DNA of 64,000 nt from Candidatus Bathyarchaeota archaeon. GTDB taxonomy: Archaea; Thermoproteota; Bathyarchaeia; TCS64. The stretch lies in contig JBDRQD010000015.1 of assembly GCA_043826455.1 (NCBI GenBank), positions 64,001 to 128,000 on the forward strand, read 5' to 3'. Shown here piece by piece: positions 8,865 through 18,142 of the stretch (its first letter is position 1; each line of letters begins with the position of its first letter). The notes beneath the pieces are model-generated. The model searched no databases and was not told the origin of the DNA. It saw only the letters and a program-made list of their open reading frames with translations. A program made the position numbers and the translations under genes.

Positions 8865-9271
8865 CCCAGGGCCTCTTCCACGGCCTTCTCCAGCTCCTCC
8901 TTGCCGGGGTACTCCCCCATGAAAAGGATGTGGTTGTCCACGGCTATCACCGGGGCCGCTATGTTCATGAACTCCCCGTAGGTCTCCCCGTCCACCGTGG
9001 GCTCGTCGTTGCTCACCAGCAGCATGTTAAGGCGCTCGATGGTGTAGAGCACCGAGCTGGTGTCAACGAACTCCACCTGGAACCTGCGGCCCAGATTGAA
9101 GCCTATCTCCTCCAGCATGAAGGACAGGTCGTCCAGGCGCTCCCGCCTGGTCTCCTGGAACCCGCAACTGGAGGCGCAGCTGAAGCAGCTTGTGCAGCTG
9201 ACGCTGCAGCCGTCGCTGCAGCTGTCCGCGTTGATGGGCGGGAACACAGTGAACTTTACGGGGCGCTCCAT
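8861..9271 (-). CDS. Cys-rich thioredoxin-fold protein, ArsD-like putative metallochaperone
   Basis: Six Cys in residues 18-36. C-terminal PVIAVDNHILFMGEYPGKEEL resembles the ArsD C-terminus. Confidence 0.55.
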   Translation of the reverse strand: MERPVKFTVFPPINADSCSDGCSVSCTSCFSCASSCGFQETRRERLDDLSFMLEEIGFNLGRRFQVEFVDTSSVLYTIERLNMLLVSNDEPTVDGETYGEFMNIAAPVIAVDNHILFMGEYPGKEELEKAVEEALG

Positions 9272-9314
9272 ATCAGGTTCACTCGATGTATCGCGGCTAT
9301 TATAGGTTCTCCGG

Positions 9315-10340
9315 CTAGAGGACCAGCACCGCTGTGGCCTTGAAGCTTATGTAGACCTGCTTGCCGAGGTTGAGGCCCATCTCCGTGAAGCTGCTCCTGG
9401 TGATGTGGACCGCGAAGACCTGCCCCGCGTCCACTCGGATGACGACCGTGCCGTCGTGGTCCTCCACGCCCACCACGGTGCCCCTGAACTGGTTCCTGGC
9501 GCTTGTGCTGATCCTCTCCTCGGAGACGATGATGTCCTCGGGCTTCACGTGGACGGTGACCCTGCCGGTCCTCTCAGCGGCGACCCTGATCACGGTCTCC
9601 CCTACGGCCACCTGGGCCACTCCATCCATCATGGTGCTGGTCCCCGTGAACAGGTTCTCCGTCAGCCTGGTGATGGACACTATCTCAGTGGGGGCCCCCA
9701 CCTCGGTCACCCTGCCCCCGTCCATGTGTACGGTGCGGGTGGTGAGCCTCCTGATCAGGTCCAGGTCGTGGGTGGAGACCACCACGGTTCTCCCCTCGGC
9801 CTCCTCCTCGATGACGGCTGAGACCACCCTGGCGTTGACGGAGTCCAGGGTGCTTGTCGGCTCGTCTAGGAGCAGCACCTCAGGGTCCAGGACCAGCGCC
9901 CGGGCCAGGGCGACCCTCTGCTGCTCGCCGCCGGAAAGTTTACGGGCGTCACGGCCGCCGTAGCCGGGTAGCCGAACCCGGTCCAGGCACTCCTCCACCT
10001 TTTCCTTGATGATGTCGTCGGGGGTGCCCCTCAGCCTCAAACCATAAGCAATGTTCGTGTATACGTCTCCCTTCAGGAACAGGGGGGACTGGAAGATCAT
10101 GGTGGCTTTCCTCCTCAGCTCATACGAGCTGGAAGCCGATAGGGGCTCACCCCTGTAGAGCACGCTGCCGGATGTCGGCTCCTCCAAGCCCGCTAGAATC
10201 CTGAGAAGCGTTGTCTTACCGGCGCCGCTCTGGCCTATGACGCCTAGGCACTCGCCCTCCGCCACCTCCAGGCTAACGGAGTCGAGAGCCCTGATGGGGC
10301 CGAACACCTTGGAGACGTCCCTGAGGCTGTAGGCGCTCAC
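9315..10340 (-). CDS. tupC: Tungstate/molybdate ABC transporter ATP-binding protein with C-terminal TOBE domain
   Basis: GQSGAGKT, LSGGEQQR and LLLDEP motifs; TOBE signature SARNQFRGTV...FKATAV. Confidence 0.85.
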   Translation of the reverse strand: MSAYSLRDVSKVFGPIRALDSVSLEVAEGECLGVIGQSGAGKTTLLRILAGLEEPTSGSVLYRGEPLSASSSYELRRKATMIFQSPLFLKGDVYTNIAYGLRLRGTPDDIIKEKVEECLDRVRLPGYGGRDARKLSGGEQQRVALARALVLDPEVLLLDEPTSTLDSVNARVVSAVIEEEAEGRTVVVSTHDLDLIRRLTTRTVHMDGGRVTEVGAPTEIVSITRLTENLFTGTSTMMDGVAQVAVGETVIRVAAERTGRVTVHVKPEDIIVSEERISTSARNQFRGTVVGVEDHDGTVVIRVDAGQVFAVHITRSSFTEMGLNLGKQVYISFKATAVLVL

Positions 10341-11035
10341 TGGGTGGCCCCCCTCAGGACATCTATCATATAGTTTAGGGCCAGCACCACGGCCAGGAGG
10401 ATGAAGCTGAGGGCGAAGCCGAGGCCCAGCTCACCCTTGGCCGTCTCTAGGGCGATGGCGGTCGTCAGCACCCTGGTGACGCCGCGTATGTTGGCGCCCA
10501 GCATGGTTACTATGCCGAGCTCGGCGAAGGCCCTGTTGAAGCTCGATACAAGCGCGAGGGATACGCCGCTGTACGCTTCCCTCACCACGGCCAGGCTGGT
10601 CTCCAGCTCCGATGCTCCCAGGGTTCTCGCCAGGTCCCTCAGCTCATGGCCCTTGCTCTCGATGGCGCTAACAGTGAAGCTCACCAGTATAGGTAAGATC
10701 AGTGCGGCCTGGCCTACAGCCATACCCTGAACAGTGTATAGCAGCTCCATGGAGCCCAGGGGCCCGCTGCGGCTGAAGAGGGTGAAGAGGAATAGGCCCA
10801 GGGTGACAGTGGGGACCCCCACCATGGCGTTGAACAGGAACTTCAGCGCCCGTCTACCGGGGAACTCCCCCATGGCTATGAGTATGCTGAGGGGGACGCC
10901 GATCAGAGACGCAATGAGGGTGGCGTAGCCCGCCGTCTGGAGGCTCCTCAGAGTGATCTCTATGACGGTTTTGTCCGCGGACAGGATCAGCCTGGCGGCC
11001 TCGGATACGCCTTCGAGTATCGGTGTCCAGCTCAT
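10337..11035 (-). CDS. tupB: Tungstate ABC transporter permease
   Basis: FPGRR, GPLG..LLYT and GANIRGVTRVLTTAIALET motifs. Confidence 0.88.
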   Translation of the reverse strand: MSWTPILEGVSEAARLILSADKTVIEITLRSLQTAGYATLIASLIGVPLSILIAMGEFPGRRALKFLFNAMVGVPTVTLGLFLFTLFSRSGPLGSMELLYTVQGMAVGQAALILPILVSFTVSAIESKGHELRDLARTLGASELETSLAVVREAYSGVSLALVSSFNRAFAELGIVTMLGANIRGVTRVLTTAIALETAKGELGLGFALSFILLAVVLALNYMIDVLRGATQ

Positions 11036-11067
11036 GAATTATCACAGTGAAAACAAGGTGAAAAGGT

Positions 11068-12084
11068 TTAACGGTACAGGATACCTGCCTGGTGCCTGTA
11101 CTGGGCGGGGCACTCGGAGCCGTCAAAGTAGGCCTGCTCCCCCACCCACCTGACGATGTCGCTGTCGGGGTTCTCCAGCTCGGGCACCCACGGCTTGAAC
11201 AGGGTCGCCCCGAACTCCTCCTCCCCGTAGGTCTCCAGCATTCTCTGGGTCTCGTCGCTCACCAGGAACTGGACGAACTTCATGGAGACCTCGAACATGC
11301 CCCTCGGGCTACTATCGGGGTTGCAGACGATGGCGCTGTACACGTTCAGTGTCTCCTCCCCGGAGTCCACCACCTTCACAAGCTGAATGTTGCCGTTCTT
11401 GTAGTTCTTCAGGTAGGTGGCCACGTCCGTCAGCGTGTAGGCTTCCTTCTCGTTGGCCAGTTGCAGCGTCGCCGTCATGCCTGCCCCGGCTTCTATGTAC
11501 CAGGTGCCGTCGGAGCCGCCCGCGGCCTCCAGCTTGATCTCGTCGAGGTTGAGCCCGGTCAACTTCCACAGGGCCTTCTCCTTGGTGTGGGTGCCCGAGT
11601 TGTCGCCCCGGGACACCCAGAGAGCGTTACCTGCGAGGCCCTCCTCCCTGATCTTGAGCATCGCCTCGACGGGCCCGAGGCCTCTTACTCCAGCCGGATC
11701 GTTTTCAGGGCCCACGACGATGAAGAAGTTGTATGCGAATATCTTCCTGTTGACCCCGGAGCCTGACTCCATGAAGGCCAGCTCCGAGGCCGGCGCGTGG
11801 ACTAGGATCATGTCGGCGTCTCCCCGCTTCGCCGTCTCGATGGCGAGGCCGGTGCCCTGGCTGATGAAGCTCACGTTGTACTCGGGGTTGTTGGCCTCGA
11901 AACGCGTCTTCAAGGCGTCCAGGACGCCCGTCTCGTATAGGCTTGTGGTGGTGGATACTATGATGCTCTCCTTCTCCTGGGGCCTTGTCAGGTTCCAGTA
12001 GAGGCCTCCGGCTATCACCATGATGAGAACCGCCGCGACCATCGCCACGTTTCTGTTGATCTTGAACCCTGCCAGGTTGGACAT
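11068..12084 (-). CDS. tupA: Tungstate ABC transporter substrate-binding protein
   Basis: N-terminal TM anchor; STTTS, GTG, VHAP, SRGDNSGTH and YTLTD motifs. Confidence 0.9.
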   Translation of the reverse strand: MSNLAGFKINRNVAMVAAVLIMVIAGGLYWNLTRPQEKESIIVSTTTSLYETGVLDALKTRFEANNPEYNVSFISQGTGLAIETAKRGDADMILVHAPASELAFMESGSGVNRKIFAYNFFIVVGPENDPAGVRGLGPVEAMLKIREEGLAGNALWVSRGDNSGTHTKEKALWKLTGLNLDEIKLEAAGGSDGTWYIEAGAGMTATLQLANEKEAYTLTDVATYLKNYKNGNIQLVKVVDSGEETLNVYSAIVCNPDSSPRGMFEVSMKFVQFLVSDETQRMLETYGEEEFGATLFKPWVPELENPDSDIVRWVGEQAYFDGSECPAQYRHQAGILYR

Positions 12085-12094
12085 GGCTCAAATA

Positions 12095-12182
12095 AAGCCG
12101 AATTGTTTATTTAATCATATCGGCTTGTTGATCCCAGCGATTCGACACCGATATAACCGTCCATGCATAACAGTATCGATAC
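12095..12182. promoter_or_regulatory. Cluster of inverted repeats in the tupA/moaA divergent promoter
   Basis: AAGCCGA-N18-TCGGCTT (12095-12126), ATATCGG...CCGATAT (12117-12154) and GTATCGATAC (12173-12182). Confidence 0.45.
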
Positions 12183-12201
12183 AAAATAGGCGGAGCCCCC
12201 C

Positions 12202-13119
12202 ATGAGCCAGCTCACAGACCCCTACGACCGGCCCATCAACAGCCTCAGGATAAGCCTGACCCAGAGATGCAACTTCGACTGCTTCTTCTGCCACCGGGAG
12301 GGAGAGCACGACCCCCACGGGGAGATGACCGCCCAGGAGATAGAGACCATCGTGGAGGTGGCCGCCGGCCTCGGCATAAGGAAGGTGAAGCTCACGGGCG
12401 GCGAGCCCATGCTCCGCGGCGACTTGGTGGACATCGTGGCGAGGATCAAACCTCACCTGGACGAGGTGTCCATGACCACCAACGCTTCCCTTCTACTTGG
12501 AAAGGCCTGCGAGCTGAAGGAGGCCGGCCTGGACCGGGTCAACGTGAGCCTCCACACGCTGGACGGAGATGCCTTCAAGAAGATCACCGGAGTCAACCAA
12601 GGCTCTGAGGTGAGGGACGGGATCGAGGAGGCCGTCAGGTGCGGCCTTAACCCGGTGAAGCTCAACATGGTGGTCATGAGGGGGGTAAACGACTCCGAGG
12701 TACCTGCCATGATAGAGTACAGCAGGGACGCGGGCGCGGTCCTCCAGCTCATAGAGTTCCAGGAGCTTGAGCACGGGGCCGAGCACTACGACGCGCTGCA
12801 CCTCGACTTGGCGCCCCTGGCGAGGAGCCTGGAGCTGCAGGCCGTGAGGGTCGTGGAGCGGGAGATGCACCACAGGAAGGTGTACCACCTGAGGGGGGGC
12901 GCCCAGGTGGAGGTGGTCAAGCCCATGCATAACAGTGTCTTCTGCGCCTACTGCACTCGGCTCCGGGTGACCAGTGACGGCCGCCTGAAGGCATGTCTTA
13001 TGAGGGACGACAACCTTGTCCCCCTCGTGAGCCTCATAAGGGGAGGAGCGTCCCGTGAGCGCCTCGAGGAGGCCTTCAGAGAAGCGGTGGCCTTGAGGCA
13101 GCCCTTCTGGAGGGACTAA
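12202..13119 (+). CDS. moaA: GTP 3',8-cyclase MoaA
   Basis: LRISLTQRCNFDCFFC, TGGEP and FCAYCTRLRVTSDGRLKACL motifs. Confidence 0.96.
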   Translation: MSQLTDPYDRPINSLRISLTQRCNFDCFFCHREGEHDPHGEMTAQEIETIVEVAAGLGIRKVKLTGGEPMLRGDLVDIVARIKPHLDEVSMTTNASLLLGKACELKEAGLDRVNVSLHTLDGDAFKKITGVNQGSEVRDGIEEAVRCGLNPVKLNMVVMRGVNDSEVPAMIEYSRDAGAVLQLIEFQELEHGAEHYDALHLDLAPLARSLELQAVRVVEREMHHRKVYHLRGGAQVEVVKPMHNSVFCAYCTRLRVTSDGRLKACLMRDDNLVPLVSLIRGGASRERLEEAFREAVALRQPFWRD

Positions 13120-13121
13120 GT

Positions 13122-13364
13122 GTGAGGATCAGGGTTAGGTACTACGCCAGCTTCAGGGACATGACAGGTAAAGTGGAGGAGTGGCTGGAAGTCCCTGAGG
13201 GCATCACTGTGCTTGGGATCAGGGATCACGTGAGGGGTCTATACGACAAGATCGCCGGGAAGGACCAGGTGCTTGTGGCCGTGAACGGCTCCTTCACGGC
13301 CCTGGACAGGGTTATAGCTGAGGGGGACGACGTGGCCTTCTTCCCCCCGGTGAGCGGTGGTTAA
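13122..13364 (+). CDS. moaD: MoaD/SAMP ubiquitin-like sulfur carrier
   Basis: C-terminal FFPPVSGG. Confidence 0.93.
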   Translation: MRIRVRYYASFRDMTGKVEEWLEVPEGITVLGIRDHVRGLYDKIAGKDQVLVAVNGSFTALDRVIAEGDDVAFFPPVSGG

Positions 13365-13782
13365 ATTGATCAGGGTTCAGGTGGAGGATTTCGACGTCGG
13401 GGCGCTCCTAGAGGCTGCCAAATGCCCCTCATCCGGGTGCGTGGTCAGCTTCGTGGGCACCGTCCGGGACACGTCCAAGGGGAGGGAGATAAGCCGCATG
13501 AGCATAGAGGTGTACGAGGACATGGCCCGGAGCCAGTTGGAGGCCATAAGGGCGGAGACCCTGGAGAAGTATGGGGTTGACCAGGTGGCGGTGATACACA
13601 GGTACGGGGACCTGGACGTGGGCGACAACATAGTCTACATCGGCGTGGCTGCGGGCCACCGGGAGGAGGGGTTCGCCGCGTGCCGCTACGTCATCGAGGA
13701 GCTGAAGAAGAGGGTGCCCCTATGGAAGAAGGAGTACACCCCGGACGGGGAGGTATGGGTGGAGGGAGACAGACATGAGTAG
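13357..13782 (+). CDS. moaE: Molybdopterin synthase catalytic subunit
   Basis: FVGTVR, HRYG, HR and LKKRVPLWKKE motifs. Confidence 0.95.
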   Translation: MVKLIRVQVEDFDVGALLEAAKCPSSGCVVSFVGTVRDTSKGREISRMSIEVYEDMARSQLEAIRAETLEKYGVDQVAVIHRYGDLDVGDNIVYIGVAAGHREEGFAACRYVIEELKKRVPLWKKEYTPDGEVWVEGDRHE

Positions 13783-14224
13783 GGACCCTGTGAGGATGAT
13801 CGACGTCTCCGGCAAGGAGACGGTGCCCCGGAGGGCGACAGCAGTGGGCCGGCTAAGGCTCAGGGAGTCCACGGTGAAGGCCATCAAGGAGGGTAAGGTT
13901 AGGAAGGGTGACCCACTGACGGTGGCCGAGGTGGCGTCCATACTGGCGGTGAAGAAGACCCCCGAGCTGATACCCCTATGCCACCCGGTGCCGGTGGACT
14001 CCGTGGACACCCGGTTCACCCTGGGCCCAGACTACGTGGAGGCCGCGTGCACGGTGGCTGCCAACTACAGGACCGGTGTGGAGATGGAGGCCCTCACAGG
14101 GGTGGCTGTGGCGCTCCTCAACGTCTGGGACATGGTGAAGTACCTTGAGAAGGACGAGGCGGGCCAGTACCCGGACGCCGCCATAACGGAGATCAGGGTG
14201 ACGGAGAAGGTGAAGGGAAGATGA
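13775..14224 (+). CDS. moaC: Cyclic pyranopterin monophosphate synthase
   Basis: MIDVSGK, LIPLCHP, TGVEMEAL and WDMVK motifs. Confidence 0.96.
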   Translation: MSRDPVRMIDVSGKETVPRRATAVGRLRLRESTVKAIKEGKVRKGDPLTVAEVASILAVKKTPELIPLCHPVPVDSVDTRFTLGPDYVEAACTVAANYRTGVEMEALTGVAVALLNVWDMVKYLEKDEAGQYPDAAITEIRVTEKVKGR

Positions 14225-14724
14225 ACGCGGGGCACCCCAGGAACCAGGCGGCCGAGACGGTGTTCGCGTTGCTGGTGACAAGCGACACCCGCACCAAGGA
14301 GCAAGACGAGACAGGCAAACTGGCCGTGCAGCTGATAGAGGCTGCAGGGCACAGAGTCCAGTTCTACGACGTAGCCCCCAACGACCTTGAGGAGATCGAG
14401 GAGTGGCTCAGGCGCGCCTTAAAGGAGCCCCAGGTCCGCGTGATCTTGACCAGCGGGGGCACAGGCATAGGCGTGAAGGACAAGACTATGGACGTGGCCC
14501 AGTCGCTGTTCGAGAAGCCCCTCCCCGGCTTCGGGGAGTACTTCAGGCGCATCAGCTTCGATGACGTGGGGCTGCCGGGGATATGGAGTCGGGCCGCGGC
14601 GGGGGTAGCTGCTGGCAAACTGGTATTCTGTCTGCCAGGGTCCAAGGGCGCAGTGTGGTCGGCCCTCAAGGAGATCATTCTGCCTGGTCTGGGCCACATG
14701 CTCTGGGAGCTGGACCGAAGATGA
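14221..14724 (+). CDS. moaB: MoaB/Mog molybdopterin adenylyltransferase
   Basis: TSD, TSGGTG, PGFGE.FR, SRA and LPGS motifs. Confidence 0.9.
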   Translation: MNAGHPRNQAAETVFALLVTSDTRTKEQDETGKLAVQLIEAAGHRVQFYDVAPNDLEEIEEWLRRALKEPQVRVILTSGGTGIGVKDKTMDVAQSLFEKPLPGFGEYFRRISFDDVGLPGIWSRAAAGVAAGKLVFCLPGSKGAVWSALKEIILPGLGHMLWELDRR

Positions 14725-15941
14725 CTATGAAGCCTTTTGGTGAACTCACCACCAGGGAGAACGCGCTGAGGCTCATTGAGGCCAATGTGAGGCCCATCGA
14801 GCGCACCGAGAAGGTGCCCCTCGAGAAGGCATCGGGGAGGGTATTGGCTGTTGACATCGTAGCCGGTTTCGATGTGCCCCCCTTCGACAGGGCCAGCATG
14901 GACGGCTACTCTGTGCGGGCGGCCGACACCAAGGGGGTCTCGGAGGCGAAGCCCGTGAGGTTCAGGATCGTGGCCGTGCAGCACACCGGGGAACCATACA
15001 CGGGCGCCGTGGGGAGAGGCGAGTGCATCGAGATAGCCACGGGCAGCCCGGTGCCCGAGGGATGCGACGCCGTGGTGAAGGTGGAGGACACCTCGATGGC
15101 TGGGGGCACCGTGCTCATCCTCCGCGAGGTGGAGCCCGGCAAGGATGTGGCCCCCGCCGGTGAGGACATGAAGAAGGGGGACCTGGTCTTGGAGGCGGGC
15201 GCTGCTCTGACCCCCGGCATGGTGGGGGCCCTGGCCGCCCTTGGCTACGAGGCCGCGGAGGTCTACCAGAGGCCGAGAGTGGCGATATACAGCTCGGGGC
15301 CGGAGATCGTGCCCCAAGGGCAGCCGCTTAGGCCGGGGGAGATATACGACGTTAACAGTTTCACCCTCCAGGCCGTGGTGGAGGCCGTGGGCGGGGAGCC
15401 GGTGAAGAGGGGCATCGTGAGGGACGACGTGGAGTTCATCAAGGCGGCCATGCGAGACGCCTCGGGCTACGACGTGGGGGTGTTCAGCGGAGGCAGCAGC
15501 GTGGGCTCCAAGGACCTGTTCGGTGAGGTCATCGGTGGCCTCGGCGTGGTTCATTTCCACGGAGTTAAGGTGAAGCCGGGCAAGCCCACACTCTTCGGCG
15601 AAGTGGAGGGCACACCCATTTTCGGCATGCCGGGGTACCCCACCAGCTGCCTGAACAACAGCTACGTGTACCTGGCCCCGGCCATCAGGAGGATTGCCAG
15701 GCTTCCGCCCCTGGAGTTGAGGACGGTGACGGTGCCCATGGGCCACAGGCTGGCGTCCAGCTCGGACAGGGAGAGCTTCATAACGGTCCGGCTGGTGGGC
15801 GGCAGGGCCCACAAGGTGTTCAAGCAGAGCGGCGACATCACCAGCATGGCCCACGCAGACGGCTACATCATAGTGCCCGAGGGGGACCACGTCATAGAGG
15901 AGGGTGAGCACGTGGAGGTCACCCTCCTGCCGGGCCCCTGA
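14721..15941 (+). CDS. moeA: Molybdopterin molybdotransferase MoeA
   Basis: PPFDRASMDGY, SGGSSVG, KPGKPT and GMPGYP motifs. Start at ATG14721 (ATGA overlap) or 14727. Confidence 0.95.
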   Translation: MTMKPFGELTTRENALRLIEANVRPIERTEKVPLEKASGRVLAVDIVAGFDVPPFDRASMDGYSVRAADTKGVSEAKPVRFRIVAVQHTGEPYTGAVGRGECIEIATGSPVPEGCDAVVKVEDTSMAGGTVLILREVEPGKDVAPAGEDMKKGDLVLEAGAALTPGMVGALAALGYEAAEVYQRPRVAIYSSGPEIVPQGQPLRPGEIYDVNSFTLQAVVEAVGGEPVKRGIVRDDVEFIKAAMRDASGYDVGVFSGGSSVGSKDLFGEVIGGLGVVHFHGVKVKPGKPTLFGEVEGTPIFGMPGYPTSCLNNSYVYLAPAIRRIARLPPLELRTVTVPMGHRLASSSDRESFITVRLVGGRAHKVFKQSGDITSMAHADGYIIVPEGDHVIEEGEHVEVTLLPGP

Positions 15942-15992
15942 GGGGCCAGTAGTGCTTAAAGCCTCACGGGCGCCCATTCACGTGGATACGCA

Positions 15993-17276
15993 TTGAGATA
16001 CGAGCTTGGCGAGGATTACGCGCTCAGGCTGGACGCCGAGGACCCGCTGGCCGGGTACAAGGACAGGTTCTACGGGCTTGAGGGCTGCATATACATGGAC
16101 GGCAACAGCCTGGGCCTAATGAGCGTGGACGCTGAGAGGACGCTTCTCAGGGTCCTGGACGAGTGGAGGACCCTGGGCATCAAGGGGTGGAGCGGGGCAG
16201 AGATACCTTGGATAGGATACGCTGAGCGCCTCGGGGAGCTCCAGGCGCCCCTGGTGGGCGCGGAGCCCGACGAGGTGGTGGTCACCGGCGGAACCACTGT
16301 CAACCTCCACGCCCTGGTCTCCACCTTCTACAAGCCGGAAGGCAGGAGACGTAAGATCCTGGCGGATGAGCTGAACTTCCCCAGCGACCTGTACGCCCTG
16401 AGCGCCCAGGTAAGGCTCCGGGGCGGTGACCCCGACGAGGACCTGGTGCTGGTGAGGAGCAGGGACGGGCTGCTGGTGGAGGAGGAGGACATAATAGACG
16501 CCATGACCGATGAGGTCCAGTTGGCGCTTCTTCCTAGCGTCTACTACCGGAGCGGGCAGCTTCTGGACATGGGGCGGCTCACCCAGGAGGCGCATGAGCG
16601 TGGCATCGTCATCGGTTTCGACTGCAGCCACAGCGTGGGCGTGGTCCCTCACAGGTTCAGTGAGTGGGGTGCGGACTTCGCCTTCTGGTGCAACTATAAG
16701 TACGTGAACGGGGGCCCGGGCAGCACGGGGAGCCTGTACGTGAACCGGCGGCACTTCGGTAAGATGCCGGGGATGGCGGGCTGGTTCGGCAATGATCGCT
16801 CGACCATGTTCGAGATGAGGAACGAGTTCGACCCGGCGGGGACGGCCTCCGCGTGGCAGATAGGGACCACGACTATGTTGAGCACGGCTCCCATCGAGGG
16901 CAGCCTGCGCATGATGCGTGAGGCGGGAATCGGCAACATCCGTGAGAAGAGCCTGAAGATAACCGGTTACCTGATGTACCTCATCGACGAGATGCTGAGC
17001 GGCGAACCCTACAACTACGGGGTGGCCACACCCCGAGAGGCAGATAGGAGGGGCGGCCACGTGGGCGTGACCCACGCTGATGCTTGGAGGATCAACCAGG
17101 CCCTCATCGCCCGAGGCGTTATCCCGGACTTCAGGCCGCCCAACATCATAAGGCTGGCGCCAATACCGTTGTACGTGAGCTACAGTGACGTGTGGAGGGT
17201 GGCGGAGCACCTGAAGGCAGTCATCGACGGCGGTGAGCACCTCAGGTTTGGTGACAACAGAAGTACAGTCACCTGA
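15993..17276 (+). CDS. kynU: Kynureninase (PLP-dependent)
   Basis: YMDGNSLGL, NFPSDLY, DCSHSVG, WCNYKYVNGGPG and DFRPPNIIRLAP motifs. Confidence 0.92.
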   Translation: MRYELGEDYALRLDAEDPLAGYKDRFYGLEGCIYMDGNSLGLMSVDAERTLLRVLDEWRTLGIKGWSGAEIPWIGYAERLGELQAPLVGAEPDEVVVTGGTTVNLHALVSTFYKPEGRRRKILADELNFPSDLYALSAQVRLRGGDPDEDLVLVRSRDGLLVEEEDIIDAMTDEVQLALLPSVYYRSGQLLDMGRLTQEAHERGIVIGFDCSHSVGVVPHRFSEWGADFAFWCNYKYVNGGPGSTGSLYVNRRHFGKMPGMAGWFGNDRSTMFEMRNEFDPAGTASAWQIGTTTMLSTAPIEGSLRMMREAGIGNIREKSLKITGYLMYLIDEMLSGEPYNYGVATPREADRRGGHVGVTHADAWRINQALIARGVIPDFRPPNIIRLAPIPLYVSYSDVWRVAEHLKAVIDGGEHLRFGDNRSTVT

Positions 17277-17335
17277 CCCCACTCTATGAAGTCTTTACTC
17301 TTACTCTCATAGCCGTTGGTTTCTATTGTAGTGGG

Positions 17336-17770
17336 TTAGCTGATGGTGCCGTAATCAGCGATGCTGTGGAGGGTGCCCCCTCCAACCTTAGCGATAAGCT
17401 TCTCGTCTGCTGTGTAGGTGGGGGCTCCGAGTTCCTCGCCGGCGCTGAGGTAAGCGGCATCATAGACACTGATGCCGTGCCTAAGGGCGTTCTCGGCGGT
17501 TCTCTCAGCTATCTCGGCCATGGGGATTAGGCGGAACGGGTAGTCGCGTAGGTTTGCGGCGGCCCTCCTCAGGGTCGCTTCTGTCTGGATGGGGTCGTAC
17601 CTTAGGGCATTAAGGGCCTCGTAGAGTAGTAGCTCTATAGTGTGGAGGGAGACCCTGCCCGCGGCCCAGTCTTCCCTGAGGGCGAGGGCCCTGTCAGTGT
17701 GAGCCTCGTCCTTGAACCACTTAACGACGACGGAGGCGTCGATGACAGCTACCTTCGGGCTTCGCGCCAT
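17336..17770 (-). CDS. vapC: VapC-family PIN-domain toxin
   Basis: VIDASVVVKW, E..NAL, SVYDAAY and TADEKL motifs. ATG17770 overlaps the antitoxin 3' end. Confidence 0.88.
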   Translation of the reverse strand: MARSPKVAVIDASVVVKWFKDEAHTDRALALREDWAAGRVSLHTIELLLYEALNALRYDPIQTEATLRRAAANLRDYPFRLIPMAEIAERTAENALRHGISVYDAAYLSAGEELGAPTYTADEKLIAKVGGGTLHSIADYGTIS

Positions 17771-18003
17771 CTCCGTATCTCCTCGGTGCTGCTCCAGTCG
17801 GGCGAGGAGGGTGTCCTGAGGGCGTCGGTCTCCTTGGCGGCTTTCTCCACACTCTCTCTGTCGACCTGGAGGCGCCGGGCCTCCTCTTCCTCGATCTTGT
17901 TGATGATGGCTTGGCGTATGACCTCGCTCCAGTTGATGTCTGGGAGACACCTCATCCTGCGGCGGGTCTCGTCGTCGACCTTGGCGGAGACTACCTCTAC
18001 CAT
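17749..18003 (-). CDS. vapB: VapB-like RHH antitoxin
   Basis: 84 aa with INWSEVIRQAI and SSTEEIRRWRE; lies directly upstream of the PIN gene. Confidence 0.82.
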   Translation of the reverse strand: MVEVVSAKVDDETRRRMRCLPDINWSEVIRQAIINKIEEEEARRLQVDRESVEKAAKETDALRTPSSPDWSSTEEIRRWREARR

Positions 18004-18023
18004 AGGTGATGAATCCGAAGCCG

Positions 18024-18039
18024 GTAATATAAGTAATAC
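18024..18039. promoter_or_regulatory. Tandem GTAATA repeat in the vapBC promoter (candidate autorepression site)
   Basis: GTAATATAAGTAATAC about 20-35 bp upstream of the antitoxin start, overlapping a TATA-like element. Confidence 0.4.
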
Positions 18040-18142
18040 GTTGGGTCGCTGTAGGAGCGGCCTCTATTATGGCGGTATCTTTACGAAGGTCCCTGTGGCT
18101 CTGAAATCTTATAAAAGGTCAAGTGTAGTATGTCTGATTATT

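Noticed and set aside
1..15941. Selenocysteine or pyrrolysine readthrough or frameshifts in the molybdoenzyme and Moco genes
   Set aside because: All ORFs are full length with stops at expected C-termini.
14364..15977. 537-aa minus-strand ORF and similar long antisense ORFs (3292-4593, 16116-17282, 56040-57101, 61454-62557)
   Set aside because: Shadow frames of well-supported genes in high-GC DNA, with no recognisable motifs.
17336..18003. vapBC modules as markers of an integrated element
   Set aside because: No integrase, transposase, att repeats or terminal inverted repeats seen near either TA pair.
17642..18142. N-terminal extension of the MFS ORF
   Set aside because: Overlaps vapBC antisense; the real start is probably TTG18143.
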